This document shows positions 1 to 14,790 of a stretch of DNA of 63,823 nucleotides, piece after piece; positions within the stretch are counted from its first letter, which is position 1, and every line of letters begins with the position of its first letter. The notes under the pieces are model-generated. The model did no database searches and was not told the DNA's origin. It worked only from the letters and a program-made list of their open reading frames with translations. A program made the position numbers and the translations under genes. The DNA comes from Octopus bimaculoides (Eukaryota): contig NC_068986.1 of the NCBI RefSeq assembly GCF_001194135.2, forward strand, positions 71,693,449 through 71,757,271. Reading direction: 5' to 3'.

Positions 1-707
1 ATATATATATATATATATACATATAAAATACATACATACAGACATACATGCACAGGAATGAAAAAGCATGAAAGAGGAAGATAGTACTTAATACATAGTG
101 TAAATACCTTTTCATATATTTATTTAAACTGATGTTTTGGTCATTATTCCCCACCCTGAAATCTTTTAGGCAACTAAAATAGATACTCAAACTATTGTAT
201 TCGTTTGCATTCTTACGTTTTTTCATTAGTTAATCCATTTTGATCATTGATTGATAGTAATCATAGATAATGGTACAATCCTAACATACTCATACTGCCA
301 CATCATTTTTCCATAATAACCCTATCTGCAAATGAGACCAAACTTTCAAACATAAATTTATTTTGTTTTATACGGGATACGACGTTGTATTTTGTGTAGT
401 GCGACTATGTATGTAGTATGTTACCATTTATATCTATGTATTTATAAATATTCCTTAGCTTTCAAATATGTCGTGACAAGATGTTCAATTCGCTCTATAC
501 ACATTCTGAAAAGAGTGCATATGTTGCGTGTAATTGATTTTAAATGTTCAGGTCACCGCTGAGATATATATGTACTTCTGTGCATTTTAATCATCGTACA
601 TTGTGTATAGCTTTGATTTGTTTTTGCTTGTGAGTGACTAGCTATTTAGTTATATTCTGGTGTGTGTGATTTACATTCTCTGTGTAGTTGTAGCTAACTT
701 TATTCCT

Positions 708-936
708 ATTTCTTTACTGCCCACAAGGGGCTACACACAGAGGGGACAAACAAGGATAGACAAACGAATTAAGTCGATTATATCGATCCCAGTGCGTAAC
801 TGGTACTTATTTAATCGACCCCGAAAGGATGAAAGGCAAAGTCGACTTCTGCGGAATTTGAACTCAGAACGTAGCAGCAGACGAAATACCGCTAAGCATT
901 TCGCCCGGCATGCTAACGTTTCTGCCAGCTCGCCGC
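708..936 (-). mobile_element. tRNA-derived SINE, full length, with target-site duplication
   Basis: Minus strand shows an A-box-like TGGCAGAAACG (927-917) and a B-box GAGTTCAAATTCC (865-853). Flanking direct repeat CTTTATTCCT at 698-707 and 937-946. Same body recurs at 50.4-51.3 kb, 57.1 kb and 61.4 kb. Confidence 0.9.
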
Positions 937-2664
937 CTTTATTCCTGTTAAAGAGCGTATAGTATCTATGTTCAGTAGGAAACAGTTCGATGATTAATAC
1001 AAGGAAAGTCTTAGCTAACAAAAATAATCATAAAAGACAAAAAAAAAAGACCTATATGTAAATAGATATAGAAAATATCTATCTTTAAAGGAAGACAAAC
1101 ATTTTCCGTGGTAAAAGCACAAGGATCTACACAATATTTCTTATAAACTAATATACACCGAGTCTGCACCATTCAATACTGATTCTCCTAAAACGAGCCA
1201 ATTAGAGTTCAGTCCTCACATTCAGCAAATGGACCAAAAATTCATCAGAGCCAGACAAATGAAGATTATCTTGTCTAATTCACTCTTGAACCTAAATATA
1301 GTGTAACTCACTACATAAAAGCTGGGTCATGACCAAATTCCTTAGTTTATATATATATATATATTTGTGAGTGGTTGTGCATGTATGGGTCTATATATGT
1401 GTGCGTGTATGTGTGTATAGAGAAATACAACATGTGTCAACATTCATCTTTTAAATGTGTATGAAATAATAGTTTCGAATTTTCTATCACCTGTTTCATT
1501 ACGTCTGAAGTTTATTTCTTAATATAACGTAGGAGCTAACATGACATTCAGCAAGGAAAAAAAGGATTAAAGGGAGGCGAGATTGAAAATCTTTTAAATA
1601 AAAATGAACATATATCTATCTATACCAGCTGGCAAAATCTGAATTCCAAAAGATATAGAGAAGTAGAGTATCAGTGTTTTGCTTATACATGTACGAAAAA
1701 GGCTTTCTTTCTAAATAATTCTTATTAGTAAGTATTAATACAGAGTAATATAAGAATGTATAATCATCTACCTCTATTGGATTGTTATCCTATTTTTATA
1801 TTGACTTGTTAGGACTTGAATTAATTCAAACGTCTTTTGGGTCAAATGATATAAAAAAAATTTGAAAATTCAAACTTGATTAACAATAAAAAAAAATCAC
1901 AAAATTAGCAAATTTCATTTGTCTTTGATGTCACATGGTTGTAATTAGAGAGGAGCAAAGATAAAAAATTTTTATTCGTAAACATAAATTTTACGATTTT
2001 AGAAATCGTGCCTTAATTCAGTTCATAATATAAGAAGATGATTTTAAAGAATTGGCCGTATAAACTAGTCTGTTGCATTAAAGAATTACAATAATATGTT
2101 AAAAATAAATTGCTTCGTTTTTAGTGTAGTTGAAGTTTTACTTGTTACTCAGCTACGGCATATTTGCAAATACCAGTATGCCATTCTCATNNNNNNNNNN
2201 NNNNNNNNNNNNNNNNNNNNNNNNNNNNNNNNNNNNNNNNNNNNNNNNNNNNNNNNNNNNNNNNNNNNNNNNNNNNNNNNNNNNNNNNNNNNNNNNNNNN
2301 NNNNNNNNNNNNNNNNNNNNNNNNNNNNNNNNNNNNNNNNNNNNNNNNNNNNNNNNNNNNNNNNNNNNNNNNNNNNNNNNNNNNNNNNNNNNNNNNNNNN
2401 NNNNNNNNNNNNNNNNNNNNNNNNNNNNNNNNNNNNNNNNNNNNNNNNNNNNNNNNNNNNNNNNNNNNNNNNNNNNNNNNNNNNNNNNNNNNNNNNNNNN
2501 NNNNNNNNNATCAATTTATTAATAAATTAATAATTAATAATTTTTACCAAGCCCATCGGTATGTAAGCACCATTATCGGTGTGGAACTTATTTAAAAGTT
2601 CTTATACATTTATAAACAAAATTAAGGGATCAGCAAACAGGTTGCTTCACCACATACCGAAGTT

Positions 2665-2732
2665 CAGAAATAGCAGCTAAAAATGCTGAAACTGCTATCT
2701 GTTGGAGTTTCACCATTTTTAGCTGTTATTTC

Positions 2733-2734
<2 letters not shown>
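2665..2734. repeat. 70-nt near-perfect inverted repeat (29-bp arms, 12-nt loop)
   Basis: CAGAAATAGCAGCTAAAAATGCTGAAACT (2665-2693) pairs with AGTTTCACCATTTTTAGCTGTTATTTCTG (2706-2734), with one G-T and one C-C pair. Confidence 0.9.
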
Positions 2735-2774
<40 letters not shown>

Positions 2775-4399
2775 TATAAGTTTCTATGTATCTATGGGAA
2801 TTCACTCATATTAAAGTCTTAATATAAATTAAACCTACTAAGTAATTTTTAATAACTAACTTAAATGTTATATTCATCGATGTCATTAATTTCATAAGAA
2901 TTTTTATGAAAACAAAATACGAAAGCATAATGTGTCTCATATTCCATGTAGACGTAATAGTAGTAAAGTAGCTGAATATGGTCTCCTAGAAGTTATTGGC
3001 TACAGTGTCTGTAGTGGTGTATGATATCGGTAGTATAGATAGTGGTGGTAGTGGTATTAACAATGATATGATGGTGGCGGTGATGTTGGTGGTACAAACT
3101 GTGAGAATAGTTTATTAGGTGAAATTATTGGCAATGCACGTGATTTTGGTTGGTGATGATCATGTTGGTGTCGAAAGTATAAAAACACATCAAATGTTTG
3201 GATTTCAATCTAAAACATTGCAGTAATGGCTTTCATATTGTTTATAATATACTGGGAACTATATTTGATTTATTTTTATATATTAGTTATTAGTTATCAG
3301 AGATTTTTTACTAAATCTGTTACATATTATCGAATTAGATCTTTGATTTTATATTTCTCAATGATATATAGAAAATAAAAGATTGAAAGCTTTTTATGTA
3401 ATTTCATCGAGGTATCAAAGATTACTAACTATTTCAACATTTCATTCTGAAATAGTTTGCCATGTTTTGAATAAATATGCCAAAATATTATATGTAAGTT
3501 TAAATTTAAGGTTTGGCGAAGTAATTTTATATGTGACATTCTATAAAACTAATTTAGGTACTATATTTAGATTAGAAATACTATTCCGAAATACATATTT
3601 CAAACGTTATTTGTTTGACAATTTTCTATTTTCTGGATTATACAAATTTGAATGATAGCAGAAATAGGGAAGTAAAAATCCCCATAGGCGAGTTTTTAAT
3701 AATTTCCAAGAAAAATGTACATGTAACCTGCTAAAGTACAAACGTCACTTATATTCGTACCATAAAACAATGTATGGTGTTATTATCATTAAAGAATTAT
3801 CATTTATATCCTTCATATGATTTTCTTGCGAACTAAAATCGTCCAGTAATATATTTTCGCGAATCGAATGAATGAAAGATAAAAGTGAGAGACGTTGTCA
3901 TATTCAATTCTAAAATGTGTAACTTAATATCCGATGAATGAAAATTAGTGAAATTATTAGCAATCTATAACGAAATTAGATTTGGGTGGATTTATTTATA
4001 ATGGGTATTATAATTTACATAATCGTGTTTTGGCTGATAATATAGATAATCAGCTAACCTAAAATATGTGTACTAAAGTACAGATTCTGTAATTCTGCAT
4101 GTATTCTTGTAACGTGATCACTGTCAGATTAATCTGTTTCATCTGGTGTTGTAGTGTCTTTACGCTTTTGAGGTCAGTAACTATACTTAGATAACTTATC
4201 AAAGCCTATCAGTTTGTGAAATCTCAAAAAAAGTTTTAAATTATATGCTGTATGTAACTGTAAAAGAAAATGATGAATATGTATCTATATATTTTAAGAC
4301 ATCAGATGCAACTCGTTGAAAATCTGTATTTGTTTTAAAATGTTAATCTAACATTCATATGATTGTTATATTTATTGCTTAATGAGTTTAAATTTTTCT

Positions 4400-6060
4400 T
4401 GCTATTTCAGATTCTGTCCCATACATATATGGCTTGCATCATTCTAGAATTTTCCAGAGGAGATCGAATCAAATCTGCATTCTTTCGATTTGCAAGTTAG
4501 ATAATATAGTGATAGTCCTCTTCATTTTGTTTCTGAAAAAAGTAGTATAATTGAAAGAGTCATGGTTACATTTACCCGCCGGCATTTCGTTTGCTTCGCT
4601 CTCGTTATCTAGGCTAATTTATGGATATGATAGATGCCTTGGCTCTATATGTCTAATTTTGAAGGTATAACGTTTTGTTTGTGAATAAGCAAATCACATC
4701 TACTGATTTGAGTTTCTTAGGTTATTTGCTTTGTTGTACAGCTATAATTTAGTTTACAACTGGGTCTCTTAAATAACTTTCTGTGAAGGGGTTGACAGGC
4801 AAATATTTGTTGTAAATAGCGCCTAAAAAAGGTGTAGTTATTTCTGATTTTTCCTCATATGTATTTCAGTTTATTAATGTCAGTAACTTAGGAGTATATT
4901 TGATATCATCCTAATGTCTACTGTCTTGTAGTATGGAGCACCTATTTCTCACTTTGTTTTTGAAAACTACGAGCAGTTGGCTAGATTAGCCGTTTTATTA
5001 TAGATGTCTTGGAAAATTCTAGTAGAGCACATGGTTGTAATATTTCCGAGGTCGAAGTATAAAATTCAACAACGTCAGTTCATGTGAATTGGCGCTCTCT
5101 TTATTGCTAATATATATATTTTTAACCAGATAATTATGGTCATTACTAATATTGTATAATACATGGAGGTTAGTAGCTTTACTAATTATATCATGATAGT
5201 TATTTAACATTTTTGTAATCAATTAATCCCAGCTCACGCTTACAGAAATTTATTAATCTGCATTGAGGATTAGTGGCGATTAATGTCTAGTTACGTTTAT
5301 GCACAACGACTTCTACCTTTAATATCTATACTCTTCTAAGTATGTTTGGTAGAGTAATCGTATTTGAATTATCCTAATTCGTTTTTAGTGAAGTAATTTC
5401 TTCTATGTATATTTACAATACACATAACTGTAAAATATTTGGATATGTGTACACAATAAAGTTACCATCTGCTTTTCGGGTGTTTAGTGTAATAAATTTT
5501 AAAAATCTTAAAGCAGAAAGCTGTTTTAAGTAATGATGTAATCTGACCAAAATATTACATAGCAAAATCTGTAACTTGCCAGATTTCAATGAAATATAAA
5601 CCAGTAGATTTTCACATTCTTTCTTCACTAAACTGTGTGCGGGTTAAAAATGTACAATGAAGATTTATTACCACAATAACATGTATGAATAAATGTAGGT
5701 TTTGCGGTAAATCTCAAGTATAATAGAAATAATGTTCAAGTTTAAAAGACAAATGATTTGCTCACATAAACACATAAGCTTTATTCAGAATCGGTACCAG
5801 TGTACCTCCAAATATATAAATCTACTAAAATCTCTGTGTGACTTCATACGATTAAGTTCTATTTTTCTATTTTGCAGACAATAAAGTTTGGAAAGTAAGT
5901 TAATATGAAGACGTTTCTTGCCTTTCTTTCGTTGTCTCCATAAGATAATATTGGTGATATCAGTTTTAATGAAATACCGTAATGCACATAGTGAACTATC
6001 TTGTATATAATCATCAGCAACCACCAGCTGTTTTAAGGGCAATTATCTTTAAACATTAAT
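4400..6060 (-). pseudogene. Highly decayed Penelope-like element RT remnant
   Basis: Minus-strand frames loosely resemble PLE RT motifs: FITLNTRKADGNF for the FIDIL..PDG..ASLD region, and a decayed YYRYVDDI-like stretch near 4910-4935. Many stops and frameshifts. Confidence 0.4.
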
Positions 6061-6325
6061 TATTTCTACTTTATAAGCGTGAGTCTTGTTGTTTAGTAAC
6101 AACTCAGCCCTAACTGAGCTGTTCAGAAACATTGCAGTTTCTAATTTCCCGTATTCTTTTATTTAAGTGATAGTGTGACTTGAGGGCATTTGGAAATGAT
6201 ATAGGCATCTACGTATGTTTCTGTATTTTCTTTTGCTACAAATTCTATTAAGATTTCAATCCAATTTCATACAATTGACTTTTATTTTTCTGCTTGTGGA
6301 TCTATTATTCTCTCTTCCTCCCTCA

Positions 6326-6328
<3 letters not shown>

Positions 6329-6413
<85 letters not shown>

Positions 6414-6560
6414 AATCATATAATTTACACATACAGGCTAACACAAACGCACACATATATATAGGAGTATATACATACATATACATATGTATATATATAC
6501 ATACATACGTACGTATATATATATATATGTGTGTATATTTATACATGCATGTATATAACG

Positions 6561-6630
<70 letters not shown>

Positions 6631-6650
6631 GAAATAGATAAATATATATA
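6329..6650. repeat. (CT)n followed by (AT)n/(ATAC)n microsatellites
   Basis: Direct inspection. Representative of dozens of AT, AC, ATAC, AGAT and AAT tracts across the window. Confidence 0.95.
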
Positions 6651-9181
6651 TAAATAGATTACAATAAAAATAAAGTCCAGGGAGATGGTGGTGGTCTGCG
6701 TCAGCAAATATCGAATTTATTGATATAAATACAAAGTTTTTTTAAAGTTCATATACCATTAAGAAAAGCGGATGAATTTTGGACAAAGTCTCTCTTCGTG
6801 GAGTGTGAAAGTTTTTCTCCTTTCTTAAACTACGAGAGCATGGACAAACTGGTGAATAGCAGGAAATGACAATGAATTATATGTGCATGAAAGTAGACAC
6901 AACATTTGTTTTGATATTTCTTTTATCTGAATTCATAACAGCCCCACTCTTTCCCGCAACAGTAATCCATTCTGTGGTACCCAGACTTGAACAGTTAGGC
7001 AATTTTAAATGCATTCAATACACATTTTACACCTGTCTTTATATCAATAATAAAATAGTAATCACCTGACCCAAATCATTATTCCAAATCACCCAAACTT
7101 TTGGTTGCATATCTGCCAATATTACACATTGCATTACATACAAATTCTGCTGTGCTTTATAAGTTGGTTAATGAAGAAAGCATTGTCTAAATGATTGCTT
7201 TGGTAGTGAACGCGTTGTCCCACACACAATAGGCCACCTCATTTCAACAAACTTGGTTAGTCCATTTACTTCTCCTCGACGTCCGAACTTTAGGACCCTC
7301 TGGGAAACACATAGGACAACGCATCATTTTTACCTTCGGGATATCTCCTTCAGTTATTTTAATTTTTACTTTATTTTAATGCTCACAATGATGATCATTT
7401 TCGAATACAACTTAGTGTGAATATGCATTTCTAATCATCAGCCTGAGCCAGGACGAATGCAGACAGTACTATCGACATCATGGTGATTACTATGATCACC
7501 GATCTTGCCAAAAGAAAGTCCTCTACTTCAGACTTATCAATTACCATCTGCTTCCTTACCCTTCGATCCTTCAATTTTACCCAAATATGTTATCTCTCAC
7601 CTTCTAGACTTACCCTCCTTTAAGTTATCTTCTTCCCCTCGCCAACCACTTTTCAGTCCCACCGTTCCTCGACACACAGCGCAACATTTAATTCTTACTC
7701 GTTCCCTGTCATTCTCCAATGTGCTTTCGCTCTCATTGATTAAGAATGAGGAAAACATTTCTTGCTCCCCGAAGTTTTAAATGTTTATAAAACTTAAAAG
7801 ATACGTTACCAATACATTACCAATATGCTAAGATCAAGTGAATGTTATTATTACTGTATATGAAATTAACGTAGTATGTTTAATATGTGTGATACATCAT
7901 TAGATGAATAATCAGTAATTAAAATCCTTATTTGCTATCAGTTGCTCTCAAGCAACGACTCGTGTATAATACCTAAGCATTAAAATAAATGGAAAATATC
8001 GGGCTTTATAATCCCGCCATAAAACAGGAATTTTTAAAACCTAGCAACTTACATAAAATTCTACATAAATAGAATCTATTCTCTACAAAAATTACCATTC
8101 CATTGATTGTAAAATTCAAGATTTTAAGACTCTTTAAATTAATGCTTACGTAAACAGAATAATGGATAACAGAATCAGTTGTACATCGGAGAAAATGTTT
8201 TACCGTGTTTAACTATATTTGTTTATGCTTTGAATCAATCTTGGATTTTCATCAACACTTAGAGAGCGATAGAAAATGCACACGTGGAGTACAAGAATAA
8301 ATTTAATCGGCTGTTACTCCGTCCTCCAAAATTAGGAGTTGTGCTAAATTTAGAAGTCTATAACTGTTTCTGTAGATTGTGCATAGTATGTGTATGAAAC
8401 TCCCGTAAAGATTGAAAACACAAATTATGTTCTCTATGATAATTGATATAAATTGAAGTGTGCTACATATCGAGTCATATATCAGCTCATCGTACTTGCA
8501 CGCTTATACAGAAATATTAAGAAGTCCCATTTCTCTTCTATCCTGCTAGAAACCAGTCTACATTGCTTATTTAATGTTCTCTGCATTGATAATTATTACG
8601 TTTCCTATATTTAAAATCTGTAGTATATTTAGATAACTATTTCTATACTTCCACCGAAATTGTATTGTATACTCAACGTACATGTTTTAAAAATCAATAA
8701 ATATCTTATGAAGTATTAGAATATTGATTACTGTTTAAATGCTTTTTAAACCCTAACAAGTGCGATGTTGCGTGCGTGTGTGCGTGCGTTTGTGTGTCTG
8801 TGGATGGTGAACTTGTTTAGTAAATGTCTGTATTGTGAACTTTTTAGTAAATATTCTTTCTTTCAGAAATTATTTTATTTTAAATTAAGCCCCAAACATT
8901 GACCCAGGTTAAGTGAAAATGCTTTTAACATCAATCTTATATAACCTATTGTGCTCTCGTGCAAGGGTGATGAAGATATGAATAAATTACCTTAGCATTG
9001 CACAAAGAGGGTATTACACTCTTGGGTGAGAAGTTTGACCTGTAGTAGTGCTTTCTTGTGAGTTTAACGAAAGAATGCATTACTATGGTCAAACATTTCA
9101 TGGATATGGGATCGTGAAAACGATGACGTCATTGGTGAAACGAACACCGTTTTTCTAATCAGTGGTAGAGAATGGAGAAAA

Positions 9182-9404
9182 ACTCACCTATCAATGGAAC
9201 TGTTGCGGCATGAGGGACTGACTCGGCCAGCAATAGCAACAAGAGGAAAAAGGCGACGAAAATGTTCATTCCTGTAACATAAATAAGTGGTGGAAAATGA
9301 GATTGACTCACCTATTAAAGGAATGGACGAGGCCGCCCGAGGAGTGGATTCTGCCAGCAATAGCAACAAGACGAAAAAGGCGACGAAAATGTTCATTCCT
9401 GTAA
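9182..9404 (+). repeat. Tandem duplication of about 125 bp with a 52-bp near-identical core
   Basis: GCCAGCAATAGCAACAAGA(G/C)GAAAAAGGCGACGAAAATGTTCATTCCTGTAA at 9226-9277 and 9353-9404. ACTCACCTAT at 9182 and 9306. Confidence 0.9.
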
Positions 9405-10700
9405 AATAAACCAGATATGCATAAAACATGGAAATTGAGTGAGCGAGGGTCAGTTTTATGTTATTGGTAGGTGCTGTTTGGCTAACTTATTTTTCCGTTT
9501 TTGCCCCATCTCAATCATTTGGTTTCAATTTTCTGAGTAAATTTCTTTGATATTCACGCAGTTTCGCTTTTGGTGATGCCATGGTCACTGTTCAATTTAA
9601 GAAACATGAATTCTATTTTGTTTTATAACATAACTGATCTTACGACTAGCTTTTTTTTCTTTCTTAGTTTATAAGTAACTACTTAAATATTCTATCCTTA
9701 AGTATTAATGTAGCAATCATAGTGATTACAAGTTTTAATATATATTGAACGCCGATAATTGTTTATTTGATATATTTCTACTTTAATTTTCTTTTGAACA
9801 GTATAACTCTAAACTTATGAAAAATTGACATTCGAACTTCCGTAAATGTATATTTCGTAATAATCCAGCCCTAATCTCATTACCATACGTGTATTAATTA
9901 TTATAATTTATAAACGATCACACATACATAATACATACATACATACATAAAAATCCTCAGTATATATATANNNNNNNNNNNNNNNNNNNNNNNNNNNNNN
10001 NNNNNNNNNNNNNNNNNNNNNNNNNNNNNNNNNNNNNNNNNNNNNNNNNNNNNNNNNNNNNNNNNNNNNNNNNNNNNNNNNNNNNNNNNNNNNNNNNNNN
10101 NNNNNNNNNNNNNNNNNNNNNNNNNNNNNNNNNNNNNNNNNNNNNNNNNNNNNNNNNNNNNNNNNNNNNNNNNNNNNNNNNNNNNNNNNNNNNNNNNNNN
10201 NNNNNNNNNNNNNNNNNNNNNNNNNNNNNNNNNNNNNNNNNNNNNNNNNNNNNNNNNNNNNNNNNNNNNNNNNNNNNNNNNNNNNNNNNNNNNNNNNNNN
10301 NNNNNNNNNNNNNNNNNNNNNNNNNNNNNNNNNNNNNNNNNNNNNNNNNNNNNNNNNNNNNNNNNNNNNNNNNNNNNNNNNNNNNNNNNNNNNNNNNNNN
10401 NNNNNNNNNNNNNNNNNNNNNNNNNNNNNNNNNNNNNNNNNNNNNNNNNNNNNNNNNNNNNNNNNNNNNNNNNNNNNNNNNNNNNNNNNNNNNNNNNNNN
10501 NNNNNNNNNNNNNNNNNNNNNNNNNNNNNNNNNNNNNNNNNNNNNNNNNNNNNNNNNNNNNNNNNNNNNNNNNNNNNNNNNNNNNNNNNNNNNNNNNNNN
10601 NNNNNNNNNNNNNNNNNNNNNNNNNNNNNNNNNNNNNNNNNNNNNNNNNNNNNNNNNNNNNNNNNNNNNNNNNNNNNNNNNNNNNNNNNNNNNNNNNNNN

Positions 10701-10732
<32 letters not shown>

Positions 10733-12099
10733 CATATTACACATGATTACCCAGCTACAGCCATTGAGTTAATATTTTTATCTCACTGCATATTTCTAAT
10801 TAGATAATTAGTATATTAAATATATTAACAATAAGTTTAATTCCATGCAAGCCGTATATGTATATATTAGCGCTTTATAGAAAAATACATAGCACAATTT
10901 TAGCACACAGCGAACACAACGAATATCGGTGTTAATGGTTTCATAAAATTTAGGACGTTTAGTATGTTTTTATCACTACATCATTCTCACGATTCTTGCA
11001 GTTTACTACAAAAGTGCAGTTATGATAGCTCCAATGCATCTTTAGTCGGAAGACGGAGAAACCTTAAAAGCGCCAATGAACTTAAAGTCTTTTTTGTTTT
11101 ACTATATACTTAAAGGACATAAAATGTAAGCGAAACAAACCTGTGTCTTCCATATAACGCCCACGCATACACACACACACACACACACACTCACACCACT
11201 CACATGCATACACAAATACACATATAAGAATATATATATATATATATATATATATGAATGATAATTTTCTTACAGTCACTATGAACAGTGATTTTATTTC
11301 ATACAATACAACTGAATGTTTACTGAAAAGTTTATGACTAGATATTGTTTTCAAAATTAGGTATGTTATAAAATTACTGGAATATTTTCGTAAATGGTTG
11401 AACAAAAAAGTAATATTTGAAATGAGTCCAGTCAGGAGAGCTTTAATAGATTACACATATGAAACAAACGTTGCAACTACTTTCCATTACCGATTAGTGT
11501 ACAAATGAAAATCAATGTATATGAATTAAAGAAAAGACAATTTCCTTTAATGAACAATCCTTAAGTGACCTCGCTAATATTATGTTTTGTAAACTCAAAC
11601 CGAGGTTACATATAGATTCAGATATTTCTGAGTGCTGAAAATATCAGAAATATAAACCTGGATTTGAATTAGGCATTTCCAGCGTCATTGATAACAAATT
11701 TGAAATAGTATTGTAAATGATAAGCATATCATTGGTAGCAAGATTATTGGAAAAAATAATGAATACTCCATAGAACTCCACAACACACACACAGTGTCGA
11801 TACTCATGTCAATACTTGAAACTCACATCAGAATAAACACGAGTGTAGTTTTATCTGATATTAATTTAATTGTTACCGCAATGAAACTAGCAAGCTCGAT
11901 ATGATCGAATAAATCAATAAAGATATTACACAATTATGGTCGCAATTTAGCGGTTGAAACAAGTAAGACAACCAAAAATATAAACGTTTAAGGTCATTTA
12001 TATAATTTTTAGCCATCTATCACTTTATATCACTGTGTCCATACGTTTATATATATTTATATACACACACATGCACACGCGCATGCACACACAAAGTAT

Positions 12100-12945
12100 T
12101 TCCTGTTTGTTCAGCGGAAGGTGCGACAGCTTCTCCCATTATGGCTAATTTGTATCTTTATCTTCTGCAGGGGGTGTGCATAGTGCAATTGGATCCAATT
12201 GTACAATATCCTACACGAGCAGATGATGCATTTAGTCACAATGGCAAAATGTGTGTTGGAAACAAATCGTATTATCTGAATAACACATACATACATATTT
12301 GTATTTGTATGTATGTATGTATGTATGTATGTATGTATGTATGTGTGTGTGTGTGTATGTGTAAGTATGTATGTATGTAAGTATGTTTGTATGTATTAGA
12401 ACACAGGCACCATCACCTTCCAAACAATCTAATCTAAATCATAATATACAGAGTTCGATATAGTATGGGTTAGTGCTTCAATACTTAATGCTTCAATATA
12501 CATAATGATAATGAAACAAATTAAATAACTCGGAACCTAATATATCAAACACGTTAGATATCTATGGAATAGATGTATAAATGTATATATGCATGTATGA
12601 ATGTATGAACGTATGCATATTTGCGAATATATATGAGTGAATATATTTATATATCTGTATGTATGTATGTATGTATGTATGTATGTATGTATGTATGCGC
12701 ATATATATTTGGACTCATAATAATTCTAATAATGAGATTGTTGTATGCAGTGCTCAGGTTCACTACAGCCCCCCACCCCAAAAAAGCCATTAGGTGTGCC
12801 GTTGGCGAATTTCAGTAAACATGGAAGTTTTGAAGGTTGTATTGTCTCAACAGCTGACAACCGATGCATGTAGCCTATTCCAGGCTTCAGCAATTCTGAG
12901 CGTGAAAAATTGTTTCCGAATTTCATGGGAGTAATGTTCATTTTT
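12100..12945 (-). mobile_element. 3' end of a CR1/L2-type LINE, interrupted by (TATG)n tracts
   Basis: Minus strand 12920-12790 reads RKQFFTLRIAEAWNRLHASVVSC*DNTTFK, matching the CR1-clade C-terminal FFS.RV...WN.LP..VV...F K motif. Assignment of the 12100-12290 part as 3'UTR is less certain. Confidence 0.65.
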
Positions 12946-13023
12946 GATTATGTAAGTATGTCCTCGAGTGTTTGACATATGGAATTCAAAACAGTGTCAA
13001 GATTGTTGTTGGAAAGGTGGTGG

Positions 13024-13071
<48 letters not shown>

Positions 13072-13834
13072 AACGATTGTTCTTAGTTCAGTTATAATAA
13101 CGATTTTACATTAATCTGGTGGTTACTCTAAACTTTTGTAGAGTACAAGTCTATTCTTAACGAAGAATATTGTTGACAGTGAATTCCAAGTTTCAGCCAG
13201 TCAAACAATCGCCGGAGAGACAGAGAGAGTAGACATATTCATCGATTAAAATTATGATCATCAAGGTTTGGCCTATTTCTTTCACTTTAAAATTCCTCTG
13301 AAAATTGTCAGGTGAAGGAAACGTGACGAGTCTTGTAAGAAACAATATATAAATAAATATGACCTTATCTTGACCGACGTAGTGAACCGTTACACTCGAA
13401 ATTTTGCTATATGTAGTCAGTTTTTCAAACGTAAGTATCACAGACTCCTTCTGTCTGAGGAACTGATTAAATATTGGAAACAATTCATATCGGAGTAAAT
13501 AAACTATCACATTCTACGTTTCAGTCTTTCTTTTCCTACTTTATTTATAATAGATTTACTAATACAATCACCAATATAAATGCAAACACTCCTACTCATG
13601 TACATGTTAATATATGGATATATTTATATATTTATGCGTATATAGATGTATATTTGATATTGTGTAGTTTAGGAGCTATTGCCAAGGTTCATATTTCACA
13701 CAGAAAAAAACTCTGGAATTCAAATCTGAATGGGTGACATGAGAATTCTTTAAACTCACTGTAATTTATTTAGAAAAAAAAAAACTCTCATGGAAAATGC
13801 AGCAGAGACTTGTCTGTGCTTTATGCACGCTGGC

Positions 13835-13900
13835 CTTCGATAATTGCAAGCTTCTTTATTCCACCAACTTCGATATTTGCAAGCTTCAGTGTTCCACCAA
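13835..13900. repeat. 33-bp tandem duplication
   Basis: CTTCGATA(A/T)TTGCAAGCTTC(TTTAT/AGTGT)TCCACCAA, two copies. Confidence 0.85.
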
Positions 13901-14299
13901 TGATATATATTGCTATATAATTTACTCTACGCTCTTTTCAATTCTCGTATTCTTCTACATCCGTGACTCTCAACCGAAGTATATATAGCCACTGGAACTC
14001 CATATAGGATTTTGTTGTTAAAGTTTGTGCAAGAAATTTGTTAATCTTCAATATACAAAATATACAAAATATACAAAATATTTTAACAATTTTCTTTATA
14101 CGATTCCTAATATCTGATTATAAATATATAATAGGATTTTTTAAATATCGAATGTTTATGAGAGTCCAGTTGAGTAAAATAAGAAGCAAATGAGTCCACA
14201 TGTTGAGAACAACTGTTTTAAATGACCTTCACTACAATATGTGTGTGTGTGTAAGTGTGTATGTGTGTGTGTATACACAAACATACACACACCACACAT

Positions 14300-14790
14300 T
14301 CTTCATGTTCTCATCATGTTCCATGCCTACAACTGCCGATAATCATGGAGGTTCAAAACCCTTATTCCCCATCCACAGCTCCACACCGGAGTTGATCTTT
14401 CTGTTGCCATGTGATAAGAATAATGATTGATTTCTCTCTGCTTTTCCTGGCTGACTCCTTTATCTTCACCACTTTTCAAACTCTGGGGTTATTTTTCATA
14501 TGATGTCCAATGATGTTAGTCTGTTACCTCCTTGTGTATAAAACATTTCTGTTAGTTACTACTTGTCTAACGACTTCAGTGTTGTCACTGTATGTACATA
14601 GGGCAACAGTATTGTTCATAGGAACCACATCTCCGCAACATCATTAAGCCAGTTATGTTCTGGGTTGCCACGCATATGTAAGGGCGTGTTCTGAGTATAT
14701 TCCCCGGAGTCTTTCCATTCTCTTACTAGTTAGATCTTTATTTTAAAATACTTTCTTGTTGATCTCCCCAATAAGCACTTTTCCTTTTCA
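14300..14790 (-). pseudogene. Possible decayed non-LTR retrotransposon endonuclease region
   Basis: Higher-complexity segment. Minus-strand ICVATQNITGL resembles the APE N-terminal IATWNV motif. Otherwise weak. Confidence 0.3.

Noticed and set aside
9226-9404. CRISPR-like direct repeats (also 13835, 16086, 25539)
   Set aside because: Only 2-3 units, no unique-spacer array, eukaryotic context and no cas genes.
12780-12956. Apparent LDLa-like CAVGEFQ stretch and an exon ending at a GTAAGT donor (12952)
   Set aside because: Stops break the frame, and the opposite strand is a clear CR1-type LINE 3' end.
13315-13436. Possible exon ending at a GTAAGT donor (RKRDESC...QFFK)
   Set aside because: An in-frame TGA follows the only plausible acceptor, and there is no recognisable homology.
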